Positions 1-11,570 of a stretch of 64,000 bases of DNA are shown piece after piece (within the stretch, counting starts at the first letter, position 1; every line of letters begins with the position of its first letter). The translations under genes and the position numbers were made by a program. The notes beneath the pieces are model-generated. The model was not told the DNA's origin and made no database searches. It saw nothing but the letters and a program-made list of their open reading frames with translations. Origin of the DNA: Camelus dromedarius. Lineage: Eukaryota. The stretch spans positions 17,174,001-17,238,000 of the forward strand of contig NC_087436.1 in the NCBI RefSeq assembly GCF_036321535.1. Reading direction: 5' to 3'.

Positions 1-1416
1 GTTTATGCTGAGACATAATGAGAGAATTAAATAAAAATCAACAATGTGTATCGGGCACTTGGTGTTTTTTTTTTCAAGAACAGTGTGAGGGCCTGGATAT
101 TTAAAAATTACCAGTATACTATTCTGTTCCTTAACTTCCAATTTGTTGGGAATGACTGCCAAATCAATAAATAAGATTAAGATCTTAGGTAGTCGAAGCA
201 GTAAGAGGGGGCTACCCCCACTGACAGAGAAGACCCTTTCAGGGTCTTGGGTCTGGGGAGATGTTTGCAAAGTGGTATTATTGAGAGCTGAGAAGCGATT
301 GCCAAATGTTAGGAAGGAGCTAGGAAACTCATGCAAAATCTATTTGCAATGTTCATTTCTTTTCCTATCCATCGGATATGAACGTTAATATACGAATAAG
401 ATATCCCTTGTACAGAATTCTAACTAAATACTACCTTTAAGCTAAACAGCAAGCCTAATGGTCTATTTTCAGCAGATAACTATCATTTACAAACTGGCCT
501 GAGTAAAGCTTACTCTTGGGGGATACATTTTCTATATTTTTGGCTGACATTTCTAGGTCCCTGAACAGATCTTATTAGCTGGGTGATTTTAATCTCTGCC
601 TTTTAAAAATGAAGGTCTTTGGCTCAGAATTTCTTCAGTTGATTTATCCCGTCCTTATCCTCTCCATCACTGCTATCTCCCCAGTGACATTAAAGAGTGA
701 TTACTGGGCTCCATCAGCACCGCAGGCTTCCTTTTGATTTAACAGTTGAATATACACGGGTTTTGGTGATCAGTTTAAAATTCCTTGTAAACTGTATTTA
801 TATGCTGAGCTCTTGAAACAGAATCAGCAACTCCTTAACCTTGAAAAGAGATGCATGCCGCTGTATTCTCTGTCATTTCAGGCAATATTGCTTCTAGTGT
901 TTCTTGGCTGTGGCCATTACCCCACTAAAGTTCACTGAGGGTCTAAACGGAGGCTCTGGAAATGACAGTATTGGTTCTTTTCTGTGCTACATATTCCTAG
1001 TTTACAAGTAAACTGACATTTATATTAATCAGCTCTCTAGAGCAAACATAGTTGAAGACTGGCCAATAAATCATCCCCGAATTGCTACCTAAGTTGTAAT
1101 TCCAAAATCTTTACTGCTGCTGCTGATAGATGGCTGAAAAGAAGAAGGAGATTTGAGGTTTCCAGTGATCCGGTAACTGTAGGAAAGAAAAGTTTCCGCA
1201 TTTTGAAACATATTTTGAAACATATTTCAAAACGGTTTTGATGAACCAATAAAGATTAGGCGTTATAAAAATGCATCTTTACCATTTTCCCCAGGAGGTT
1301 ATTTTAGATGAACACAACATTGGTAAGTTTCAGTTTTGCTCCTGGAATGGTTTCAGGATTCATTGCCCAAGTCTAAGAATGTAAGCAACTGTACAGCTAT
1401 GACCAAAGTCCTATCC

Positions 1417-1445
1417 ATAGGCTTCAATAGGCTTCAATAGGCTTC
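1417..1445. repeat. Short tandem repeat, 10-bp unit (ATAGGCTTCA) x ~2.9
   Basis: Directly visible: ataggcttca ataggcttca ataggcttc. Confidence 0.9.
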
Positions 1446-2641
1446 TTAAAAAATAGCCTTAAATTTCAAAAGTTTCTCACAAGGTGAAATATCACAGCCA
1501 CAAGATAAAATACCTCCTGACAGGGTCTGAGAGATGTAGGCTTATACCTACAGATCATAATGAAGGTAAGACACACAGTAGACTGGTCTTCAATCTTTTA
1601 TAGCACTGAAACTTGGGACTGTCTAATGACATTAAAGCAAGATGCTTTAAAGCTGTCCATCAGCCTCTGAAACGTCACTGTAATTAAATTTCAAGGCTGT
1701 ACTCCATAGATCACTGCAACGGGTATTAGGGTTGAAAAGGTCTCATTGATATGAATGGCATAAGTCATCTAGATGCCCAATAAGAGATGCCACCTTAAAT
1801 ATCGTCCCTTGATTAATTCAGAAAGAATTACCTCTACTAGGAGGCAGTGAAGGGCCACCTGAAGTTCTATTGACAAGTAGGTGTTGCTTTTGGTGAAAAG
1901 CAAGTGATTAAGAGGCAATTCCCAAACAGGGCAGCAGGCTAAGACACGGTCTTGTATATAAATAAACACAAGGTCTGGGGCATAAGCAAGAAAAAGAAAT
2001 CATGTACCAAGCTTTTGGAATGCACAGCCATTTCCACCAAGGTTGCCCAAGCCCTCCTCCAGATTCTACCAGAAGAGGCTTGAGACTACTACTTTATCAA
2101 ATGCCACCAAGTTCAAAAGACCATTTCCTGCTAAAGCTAAAGTTTCAATCTAGCTTCAACTGAAACTGCTTCATTTCATTCTAAGCAGAGGGAAACAGCA
2201 TCATTGTGAAGACAACACACAGATTAGTAACAGAGAGGGTCTTCGTGTTTCAACAACACCTTTTTTTTTTTTTTTGACTTTTTGAGCTTGAGCAACGTCT
2301 TTAACTTACATGACCTTCAGTTAATATTTGTGAGAAATGCATAATATCCGCACTTATCTTGTGTATTGAGTAAGAAGAGGACTTTGAAAACTACAGTGTT
2401 ATGCAGACTGAGAATTGTTACTATTAAGAATTCATTTTTACATAAAGCAGTTCATTTTTATTGGAAATATACTAAGTATAGATATTAGTAATCTTAATGA
2501 GAATAATTAACAAACAGCTTGACCTTCAACTTTGGCAAATGTTCCTAAAGATAGTATTTACTTATTTTCCATTGGGTCGACACCTCAAGGTATGTAACTC
2601 TGGGCGTCTCTATGGAACCCAGGGACCCTGTGTCTGAAATT

Positions 2642-2668
2642 TGCAGCATTTGCCACCAGATGGCGCTG
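2642..2668 (+). promoter_or_regulatory. CTCF binding site: core motif plus upstream TGCAG motif
   Basis: ttgCCACCAGATGGCGCtg (2650-2668) matches the CTCF core CCASYAGRKGGCRS at every position. TGCAG at 2642-2646 resembles the upstream motif read by zinc fingers 9-11. The CpG is retained in a CpG-poor region. Confidence 0.8.
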
Positions 2669-3562
2669 TGTTGCAAGTAAACACCTAATGCCTGCGTCTC
2701 TGGTAGGGACTTGCCGGTGCTCCTTTCAACAGGGAAAAATCATTCATGGAAAAATACTCCGGATGCTTATTTGCCTACTGTACACAATATTTTTTAAAGA
2801 CCCATAAAGGTAGAACGCTACTGAAACTAACATTTAAAGAACCAATAACTAATGCCATATGCGTCTTCTGTGTCTTATCCATTTTTCTGTAATTTTGAGG
2901 GAGCAAGTATTTCTGTGGTTAGCTCAGTGGCCAGCTTCTCAAGCATCTCTGCCATCAGTAAAAGTAGTTATTTCTGCTCATCTTGAGTGTTCATGATTAA
3001 TCTGGAGTGATCATAATCAAAACGATCTGTCCTATGTAGAGTTTGTTGAGTTTTGCCGTTGTTTTCATCTTAGAGGTGCAAATATTGCCCCGTGTCTTCT
3101 TGTCCCGCTATAAGCCTCTCTGTTTGCAGTGCGACTGCAAAGCCTTCATTAATATTATGTCTGTTCTGAATTCTCTTGAAGTGGTAGCAAATGCAGTACC
3201 AACAAAAGGTGGAGAGCATTTCTTTTTTTAGTAACAGCGGCCTCAAACTCTTTTCTGTCCCCTTCAAAATTTTGACCCTCTTACCTCTTTCTTACCTTCC
3301 ACATCCATTTTTATTTTTTGTTGTTGTTGTTGTTCCTCGGATTATGCCTTATTTCTTAGGTAAATATTAGACTAGTTCTGGGTCTCCTTTCCTAGCTGAA
3401 TTCCATCAGCCCTGCAGAACTTAAGAAGTGAGTGGTGCAATATTAGCTTCTTCTTAGAATGGTTTTTCTTTTTTGTCCCTAATGAACAGTCTAAGTAGTT
3501 ACAGTTAACAAGTAATTACAAAAATCCAATATGTTGAATTTTATGATCAAGAAAGATCAATT

Positions 3563-4097
3563 AATATGGTGTTTGTCTTTCTCCTTTTGACTTCACTTAG
3601 TATGATAATCTCTAGGTCCAACCATGTTGCTGCAAATGGCATTATTTCATTCTTTTTTATAGTTGAGTAGTATTCCATTGTGTGTATGTGTGTGTGTGTG
3701 TATATATCATAACTTCTTTATCCATATGATACCCCTTATAGGTGGAATCTAAAAAAATGACACAAATGAACTTATTTACAAAACAAAAACAGACTCACAG
3801 ACATAGAAAACAAACTTTTGGTTACCAGGGGAGAAATGGGGGGTTTGGATAAATTGATAGTTTGGGATTTGCAGATACTGACTACTATATATAAAATAGA
3901 TAAACAACAAGGTCCTACTTTATAGCACAGGGAACTGTAATCAGTATCTTGCAGTGACCCATAATGAAAAAGAATATGAACAATATATATATGAATATAT
4001 ATAGATATATATGTGTAACTAAATAACTATGTGTATACCAGAGACTAACACAACATAACAACATAGAAAATTGACTATACTTCAATTAAAAAAAAAA
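3563..4097 (+). mobile_element. 5'-truncated, 5'-inverted LINE-1 (cetartiodactyl-type 3' UTR)
   Basis: 3563-3724 is antisense L1 3' sequence. About 3722-4097 is sense 3' UTR ending gactatacttcaatt plus A10. Candidate TSD aagaaagatcaatt (3549-3562) / aaaaaaaatcaatt (4090-4103). Confidence 0.9.
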
Positions 4098-4479
4098 TCA
4101 ATTGTCTTGAAGTCATCTGGAAGTCCACACTGCCAAATCTCATCAGCCCTTACAGTGATCAGGAACCAGCTCTTCCTGGACCACCTACACAGCAGAGATC
4201 TCGCCTGTTCTGGACTCGACCACAGTCCCTTGTGACATGCGGCTTTACATGGCTCAAAATCCTTTAATATGCCCATGTTTCTTCTGGTCTGGTTTCTCAT
4301 AAGCACTTGTTGGCTGCAAATAACAGAAAGGCTAGTTTAATTTATTAAGTACTACAATGCAGAATTTATATTTCTTATACAATAAGGTTATCAGGGGCAG
4401 CAGCTCAGCAATTCATTTGGAAATGCATAAACCCTATTGCTCCTTCTACTGGCTCAAAATCAGATGTGGTGGCTTGGGC

Positions 4480-5176
4480 CGCCATCTTGGATTCTAAGGT
4501 GGCCTTCAGAAAGGAAGCTGCTTCTAGCAGGGAAACCAAACCAAACAGCAGGAGCCTGGATTGCTGACACACTGCAGAGAATCACATCAGCCTCTGGCTC
4601 TTTGCCTAGATTTTATAAGAGAGAAATAAACTTCTATCTTGTAGGGGGTTGAATTATGGCCTCCCCAAAGATATGTCCACGTCCTAATCCCTGGAACCCG
4701 CAAATGTGAACTTATTTGGAGAAAAAGTCTTTGCAAGTTTAGTTAAGATAAAGATCTCATGATGCGATCATCTTGAATGATCCAGGTGGGCCCTAAATTC
4801 AATTATAAGTGTTCTCATTGCAGACACATGAAGAGAAACACAGACAGAAGAAGAGACGTCTCAGGAGCACGGAAGAGAGGGGATATGTAGACAGAGGCAG
4901 AAACTGCAGTGACCCAGCTGCAAGGAACAGGAGGCCACCAGAAGGCAGACGAGGTAGGAAAGGAATGTCTGTGGGGGAGTCTAGGGGGAGTAGGGCTCTA
5001 ACGACACCTTGGTTTTGGACTTCTGTCCCTCAGAACTCTGAGAGAATACAATTCTGTGGTTTAGAGTCATGAAGTTTGTGATAATTCTGTACAGCAGTCT
5101 TGGGAAACACATACACTTGTTTAAGCTGCTGTATTTTGAGTTTTCTGTCATTCCTAAAGTAACCTAATCCTAAACA
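4480..5176 (+). mobile_element. Old MaLR LTR (MLT1I/J/K-like), interrupted by a younger MLT1 LTR
   Basis: gagaaataaacttctatcttgt resumes after the nested element as cttgtttaagctgctgtattttg...aacctaatcctaa, a typical MLT1 3' end. Confidence 0.6.
4640..5115 (+). mobile_element. MaLR solo LTR (MLT1C/D-like)
   Basis: Starts tgtagggggttgaattatggcctccccaaagatatgtccacgtcctaatccctggaacc and ends acagcagtcttgggaaacacataca, both MLT1C/D hallmarks. Confidence 0.85.
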
Positions 5177-6099
5177 TTTTCCCAAACTGCATTCTGAACA
5201 TCTTGAAATCAAATATTGCATCTTCTAATTATTTGCATGGCTCATATGGACTAGAGGAGAAAGCACACATGCACTGTGCGCTTGTGTTATTCTTAGTGGC
5301 ACTATATTTGCATTTCTACCAATCCATAAGGGAATTGGTGTGTAGCAGAGATGGCTGATTTCAAATAAACCTCGGGAGAATTTCTGGAAGCGGCATTATT
5401 AATTATCACTATACCTGCCTAGCAAAACATGTAAGCCTAGCAAAAGATGGGTGACAGGAAAGTAGAATCTAGGGTGATGAATCCAAGTTTTCGATATGCT
5501 AATGTGTTGATGTGTATTACATTGTGAATGGAATAGACAGTTCTCTCCCACTCACCAAAACTAAATGAAGACTCAGCAGGTTGTCTGCTGTGTTTACATT
5601 TAACCTGTTCCCCAAGTTAATTGGTTTTCTTCCAGTTTTAGTGTCTTGAATACTTCCTCAGATTTCTAGCACGCTCATTTGTGGTTTTCTTCACTTGAAT
5701 GCTAACACAAATACATATATATTTTTTGTCTTCATTAGAGTACTTAATCAGATATAGAAATCATCAATTAGAACAACTGGATTGTTCTGAGAATTGAGAA
5801 TTAGAGGGCTCTGCTGACTTACTGATGTTTATGAAGATCACATTAACTAGAATGGACTTAAACTGAAAGGATTTGTCTTAGATTCAAACCTAATTATGCT
5901 ATTGAAGAGATGTGTGGTTCTAGGAAAGTGAATTCATGAGTCAAGGTCTCAATTTCTATATATGTAATGGGGAAAAGTACATATACACATGCACGCAAAC
6001 ACTCATACATACAAAATGCAAACGCATATGTAAGTATATGCTATATGTATTTTCTATGAACCAGGTACTTCTCATAAATTACACTATCACACTCTTTCT

Positions 6100-6240
6100 T
6101 CTCAGTTCTAAAAGGTAGGCATTCATATACACCATTTCCAGAGAAAACACAGAGCTTTGTTTAAGTCATTTGTCCCTGGTTGACTTTAACAAGTAGTAGA
6201 CACAGGATTCAATCCCGGGTCCAACTAACTCCAAACCATG
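6100..6240 (-). mobile_element. MIR SINE fragment
   Basis: ttaagtcatttgtcc...caggattcaatcccgggtc...actccaaa resembles the antisense MIR core. Confidence 0.55.
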
Positions 6241-7770
6241 ACATTGCTAATTTAGTCCTGAAATTTTCTCTTGGAAAAACTTTCTTGATCTGCTATTTCG
6301 TACACAGAGAAGCTATGACAGACTCGATATTACTAAATAATTTCTGAGTTTTCTAGTCTGAATTGATTCTTCATAGCTATCCCAGTTTCACGTTGTATCA
6401 ATTTATCGTATTTGCAAATTCTTGGGGCTTATCCTATTAGTACTTCTCCTTCATTGAAGAATGTATAATATAAAATTGAATGATCATTACCCAATGCTTG
6501 TTATTTTAAACATGGACAATGCTTAGCTTGTGTTTGTATTTTCTGATAGATTTCATTTTTATCTGGGAGTTTAAAGTCTCTCAAAAAACGTAATATTGAT
6601 TTAACAACTCCCCTCGAAAGATTACCTTTCATGATAACAGGATGAAACTTGGAGCCCATTATTTTCTGAAAGTGGATCATTCTTGAATATTAGAGATTTT
6701 ATTTCAAAGAAAATACTGCTTAATTCAAGCTCCACCTGTGAATCCACAAACTGTCTGCATCTTGGAGCCACTGGATAGACGGCAAGGAACTTCCATGAAA
6801 TTAGACTCACCTTTTCTAGGAATGGAGAAGTCACGTGGCTGACAAAAAGTGACGGCAAACATTTCAGATGTCCCTTTCCCTCGGGAACATCTCAGTGGGG
6901 CCTTTCAGAAAGTGCACATTATCGAATGCAGCTATTTGAAGGGCATCTGTTTACCTTTCCATTGTATTGGATGTAACACATGAGATGCTATTGAAAGTCT
7001 ACATTAATATTTAAATTGTCAAGAGATCTAAGAGTCCAGCTGTCAGGTCAATAATTGACACTGAGTGCATCAATGTTTGAATCAATTTACATTTTTAAGA
7101 AATAATTTCTTGTGCCAGTCTAGATAGCTTAAACCTTATAGAAAAAGTACACTGGACAGCACTCAAAGGTTTTACATAAATAAAGTGTTGAAAAGGCTAA
7201 ACCTATTAAAAAATAAAATGGAAACTAATATAACAAGAAGAGTTCACCCAATGCCCAGCTGTTCCTACACAGCCCAAGGTAATTTATTGGAAGGACGAAT
7301 AGTTGTCTGAATAACAAGGAGTTGTCTCTGCCTTTGTGCCAAGCCTGTCCTGAGGACGGCTCTTTAGAGGGTGTGTTCATTCTCTAAGGCACAGGAGCTC
7401 ATTTAATAGCCTCAGATGGACTCATTATTTTCTAAAAGCAATGCTACAGCCCACTGAAAAAGTCTTTCATACAGAATCCCACAGTTTAAACTAATTAAAT
7501 TCTGCATTATTTAGTTTAAGGCACATCATTAAAGTCGTTTTTCTTCCTTGGGGGTGTGGTGAATTCAAATTATAAATAATGTCTTTTATTTGAAATGAAC
7601 TTAACTTATAAAGCTTTCCCCCTTTCTTTTGTCGTTTGATCCTTAAAACAAGTATATGAAGTCGCCTGTGCAGATGACAACTGCACGGCAGATTCTGCAA
7701 GTGCAAGGGCAATTCTGTCTTCCTCACCACATCTAGTGGAGGGCAGGAATGGTGCTGCAGAAAACACCCA

Positions 7771-7910
7771 ACACTGTGTGCCAGGTACTGCCGCAACCAT
7801 TTGTAAGAATCAGCTCATTTAATCCTCAAAGCCATCCTAAGAGGTAGATCCTATTGTTTAAGGAAAGCAAGGTGAAACGGGGCTCAGTCATTTTCCAGAG
7901 TCATGCAGTG
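7771..7910 (-). mobile_element. MIR SINE fragment
   Basis: actgtgtgccaggtactg...ctcatttaatcctca...gaggtag...ggctcag. Confidence 0.7.
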
Positions 7911-8715
7911 TGATGTAGTGCAGTTCTACAGCTTCAGCTCTTTGCCACTACACGTCACCACGCTAGATGTGGTCCCTGTGGTGGAACAAGAAACTTTGTT
8001 GCACTTGTGAAGAAACGCAGGAAGATGGTGAGCTGGCACAACGTGATTACCCCCAGTTTAGATTTTCTCAGTCATGCAGCTGGAAGCTGGCCAGCTGGAA
8101 CTCAACCAGGTCACCTGATTCTAGCTTTGTATTCTTTCCACTGTATTATTTCTGCTTTTCTCTCTTTGTTCATCTATGAGTCACCTATTTTATTATTTTG
8201 TTTTGTTTTGTTTTGTTTTGGGTGCTTTAACTTGGGATTCCCATTAAGCTCAAGTCCAATACATTGGATTGGGATTCTGTGTGGCTAATGCTGATTTTCT
8301 CAGATGCCAGAGCTGCTCTCAGACTCCTGCAGAACAGCATTCCTAGATCTTTTCAATGACATTAGAATAAGTCCAATGCTAGGATCGCAAAGCCTGTCTC
8401 ATTTGGCACTATCCATATCTTCAGCTCAATTTGATGTTGCCTGGGAACCAGAAATGATTATCACTTCCTTAAAATAAATCAAAAATTAAAAAAAAAAGTG
8501 CCCAGCAAACTGTTCATTAATATTTCCATTCAAAAGCGATTTTTTAAAAAATGTCCAAATAAATGCAGCAATGGGAACATCTACTGCATAGGATTCCCCA
8601 CTGAGATTCAAAAGGCTGTTTTCTAAGACAGTTTGAGTTTGGTTTGAAGGGAGGGTGGAAGCTCTTTCCTTCTCTGCACATTTCTCAGTTATACAATAGA
8701 ATTTGTGTATGTCTG

Positions 8716-9440
8716 TATGTTAGTTTCTGATGTACAGCATATGATACAGTTATGCATATATACATATATTCTTTCCCATATTCTTTTCATTATAGGTCAC
8801 TATGAGATATTGAATATATTTCCCTGTGCTATACAGTAAGACCTTGTTGTTTATCTATTTTATATATAGTAGTTAGTATCTGCAAATCCTAAACTCCTAA
8901 TTTTTCCTTCCCACCCCTCCTTTTTTGGTAACCATAAGTTTGTTTTCTATGTCTGTGAGTCTATTTCTGCTTTGCAAATAAATTCGTTTGTGTCATTTTC
9001 TAGATTCTACATACAAGTGATATTATATGATTTTTGTCTTTCTTTGTCTGACTTACTTCACTTGGTATAATAATCTCAGGGTCCATCTATGTTGTTGCAA
9101 ATAGCATTATTTCATTCTTTTATATGGCTGAGTAATATTCCATTGTGTGTGTGCACACAGCTTCTTTATCCAGTTTGTGTGTGTGTGTGTGTGTGTATAT
9201 ACATGTGTGTGTACCGCATCGTCTTTATCCAGTCATCTGTTGATGAACACTTGTGTTGCTTCCATGTCTTAGCTATTGTTAGTGTTGCTATGAACACTGG
9301 GGTGCATGTATCTTTTTGAATTAGAGTTTTCTCCAGATATATGCCCAGGAGTAGGGTTGTTAGATCATATGTTAAGTCTTTTTTTAGTTTTTTAAGGAAT
9401 CGCCATACTGTTTTCCATAGTGACTGCACCAAATTACATT
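8716..9440 (-). mobile_element. LINE-1 ORF2 C-terminus and 3' UTR (antisense), lacking the last ~35 nt and the poly(A)
   Basis: ORF 9166-9432 (-) reads [15 protein letters not shown]...LLGIY...TCTPVFIA...IAKTWKQ, i.e. the L1 ORF2 C-terminus. Cetartiodactyl 3' UTR with an internal (TG)n. Confidence 0.95.
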
Positions 9441-10097
9441 TGCAGTGGAATTTTTTAGACTACTTCTAATTAATGTATGGAGACTGTCAACTCAAAATGA
9501 TGTAAGGTACATGATAACTATATTTGGAGGAAAATTGTGATAGACAAATTTCCTCCAGCCAACTGAGAAGCAGGCCAGTGTCCTGGTCTTCTGGAATCTT
9601 CTTTACCCACATGAGGGTCATGGTGCTTCTGCACAGGCATGTCTGTTAGCAAAGATACACAGCACAAAAAAGAATTAGAATTTTGGCCTCAGAATCATGG
9701 TTGATAAAGACTTAGTAAGTTTGCTATTTGTCACCAGTCTGGCTTAACTGAAGAATGATGGTCTGTAGGTAGCAAGTTTCAGTGGTTAAAGGGCAAAGAC
9801 CACATTCAATGTTTTCTGTTTTATCTTCTGCAGCAAATGTGAACATAGACCAGCAGTGACTGGTTCCAAGGTACTAATTCTCAAAGGGAAGTAAAGACAA
9901 AATTTATTTTCCCAAATTATCGGCTTAGACTAACAAGAAAACACTGAAATAGCATGGGCATATTTTGTGCAATGGGGCAAAACAAGATTCAGGAACAGAG
10001 TCTGAGTATCCTGGGTGGGAGGGGCTATCTGGTTCCCACACTCTTTGACATCCTGAATCTAACGTCAGCTCCTGCTCCTCTGGCCAGAGGTTATTAA

Positions 10098-10389
10098 AAA
10101 AGTATGATGTTAGCTGTGGGCTTGTCATATAAGGCCTTTATTATGTTGAGATATGTTTCCTCTATACCAACTTTGATGAGCGTTTTTATCATGAATGGAT
10201 GTTGAATTTTGTTAAATGCTTTTTCTGCATCTATTGAGATGATCATATGATGTTTATCTTCCCTTTTGTTAACGTGGTGTATCACACTGATTTGTGGCTA
10301 TTCAACTATCCTTGCATCCCTGGAATAAATCCCACTTGATCATGGTGTATGATCCTTTTTATGCATTGCTGAATTCAGCTTGCTAATAT
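10098..10389 (-). mobile_element. LINE-1 ORF2 reverse-transcriptase-region fragment (antisense)
   Basis: ORF 10094-10285 (-) reads [24 protein letters not shown]...[16 protein letters not shown], a conserved L1 RT segment. Confidence 0.95.
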
Positions 10390-10422
10390 AATATTGTAAA
10401 TCAGCTATACTTCAATAAAAAA
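10388..10422 (+). mobile_element. LINE-1 extreme 3' terminus with short A tail (sense)
   Basis: aatattgtaaatcagctatacttcaataaaaaa matches the L1 termini seen at about 4070-4097, 14255-14285 and 26870-26900. Confidence 0.85.
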
Positions 10423-10572
10423 TTATTGACCAAAAAAAAAAATACTTAACAAGAGTTATTCTGTGGAGTCTTGTGAACAAACTCTTTCCACATCCCAAGC
10501 AGATGTGAGAAGCTGAGGAAGAGGAGACAGTGAGTATAAACAGCTCTTTGGAGAATTTTTTGCTGAAAATTT

Positions 10573-10654
10573 TTTCCTTATCTGTAAAGTGAGGGTAAGA
10601 CTAGGAGCTACTCTACAGGACTGTGACAGAGATAAGAAATTACTAGAGGGTTTT
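10573..10654 (+). repeat. 82-bp dispersed direct duplicate of 12710-12791
   Basis: Hand alignment gives 76/82 identity with no gaps. Confidence 0.9.
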
Positions 10655-11279
10655 GCTTGCTGAAAAATTTGCTGAAATTTTTTGCACAAATGAATGGGCA
10701 AGAGCTGAAGGATCCCTGGAGTGGAGTAAAGTTTGCTTGTTTTATTTTGTCATGTGATTGGAGATAACGAAGCTTGTTTGTATGCTGATAAAATTAGCTT
10801 GGAAGAGATGAGAGAGATTAGAAAGAGAGATTAAAGAGAGATGGGTGATGAGTACAGGAAGGAGCAGAAGTCTTGAGAAGATAAGAAGAAATGGCATCCA
10901 GCACAGCTTGGAGCAGGTGATGTCAGATGCAATCAAAGACAAGAAGCAGTTTACCACTTTGAACCAGAAGTGAGAAGATCTACACACAGATGCACTTCTA
11001 ACTGGTGCTCAGGTCTGGTTTCCCAGTCATGGAGTTAGTTCTCCTCATGAATTACTTTGCTTCTGGCCACCTCAGGTAAACAAGTCTCCTGGTCCTGCCC
11101 AGTCCTGTGACCCACTTATCTTGGCATCACCTCTGACACCAGGAGCAGGGGCTGATCTCAGATACAGGATGGTCCTTCCTGGCCAGGATGCCTAAACTCA
11201 GCTCCTGAGTCTCTATTTCATTCTGAAATATCTTTCCTACAACAGAGAAGGCCCTCAGGTTCTTTTGTCAGTGTTCTTG

Positions 11280-11570
11280 GTGGTTTCCACATGGCCAAAT
11301 CCAATTGTCAACCCCCAGTCTATCTTACTCAGTCTTTCCCACAATATTTGACAATTGTTTACTCTCTCTACTTTGGCATACTTCTCCTGGTGGCCTTTGG
11401 AAGATAGCATTCTCCTAGTTTTTCTTTTATCCTATTGACTTCTGTTACTTCTTTACTGGTTCCTTTTTCCTTCTGAGTGCTGGAGAACTCAAGCCTTGGC
11501 CCATTTCCTCTCATTGGTTTCCTTCCTTTCCTCTTTTCTGTTCCTCTGTGTACATAGTCCTTCAGCATCC
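11280..11570 (+). mobile_element. L2 LINE fragment
   Basis: gccaaatccaattgtcaa...atcttactc...atttgacaattg...cttggc... is a decayed L2 3' region. Confidence 0.6.

Noticed and set aside
6620..6858. Possible minus-strand exon ending at an AG|GTAATC donor; also a consensus donor AAG|GTAAGT at about 18625
   Set aside because: Isolated splice-like signals with no matching acceptor, frame or recognisable protein; such signals are common by chance
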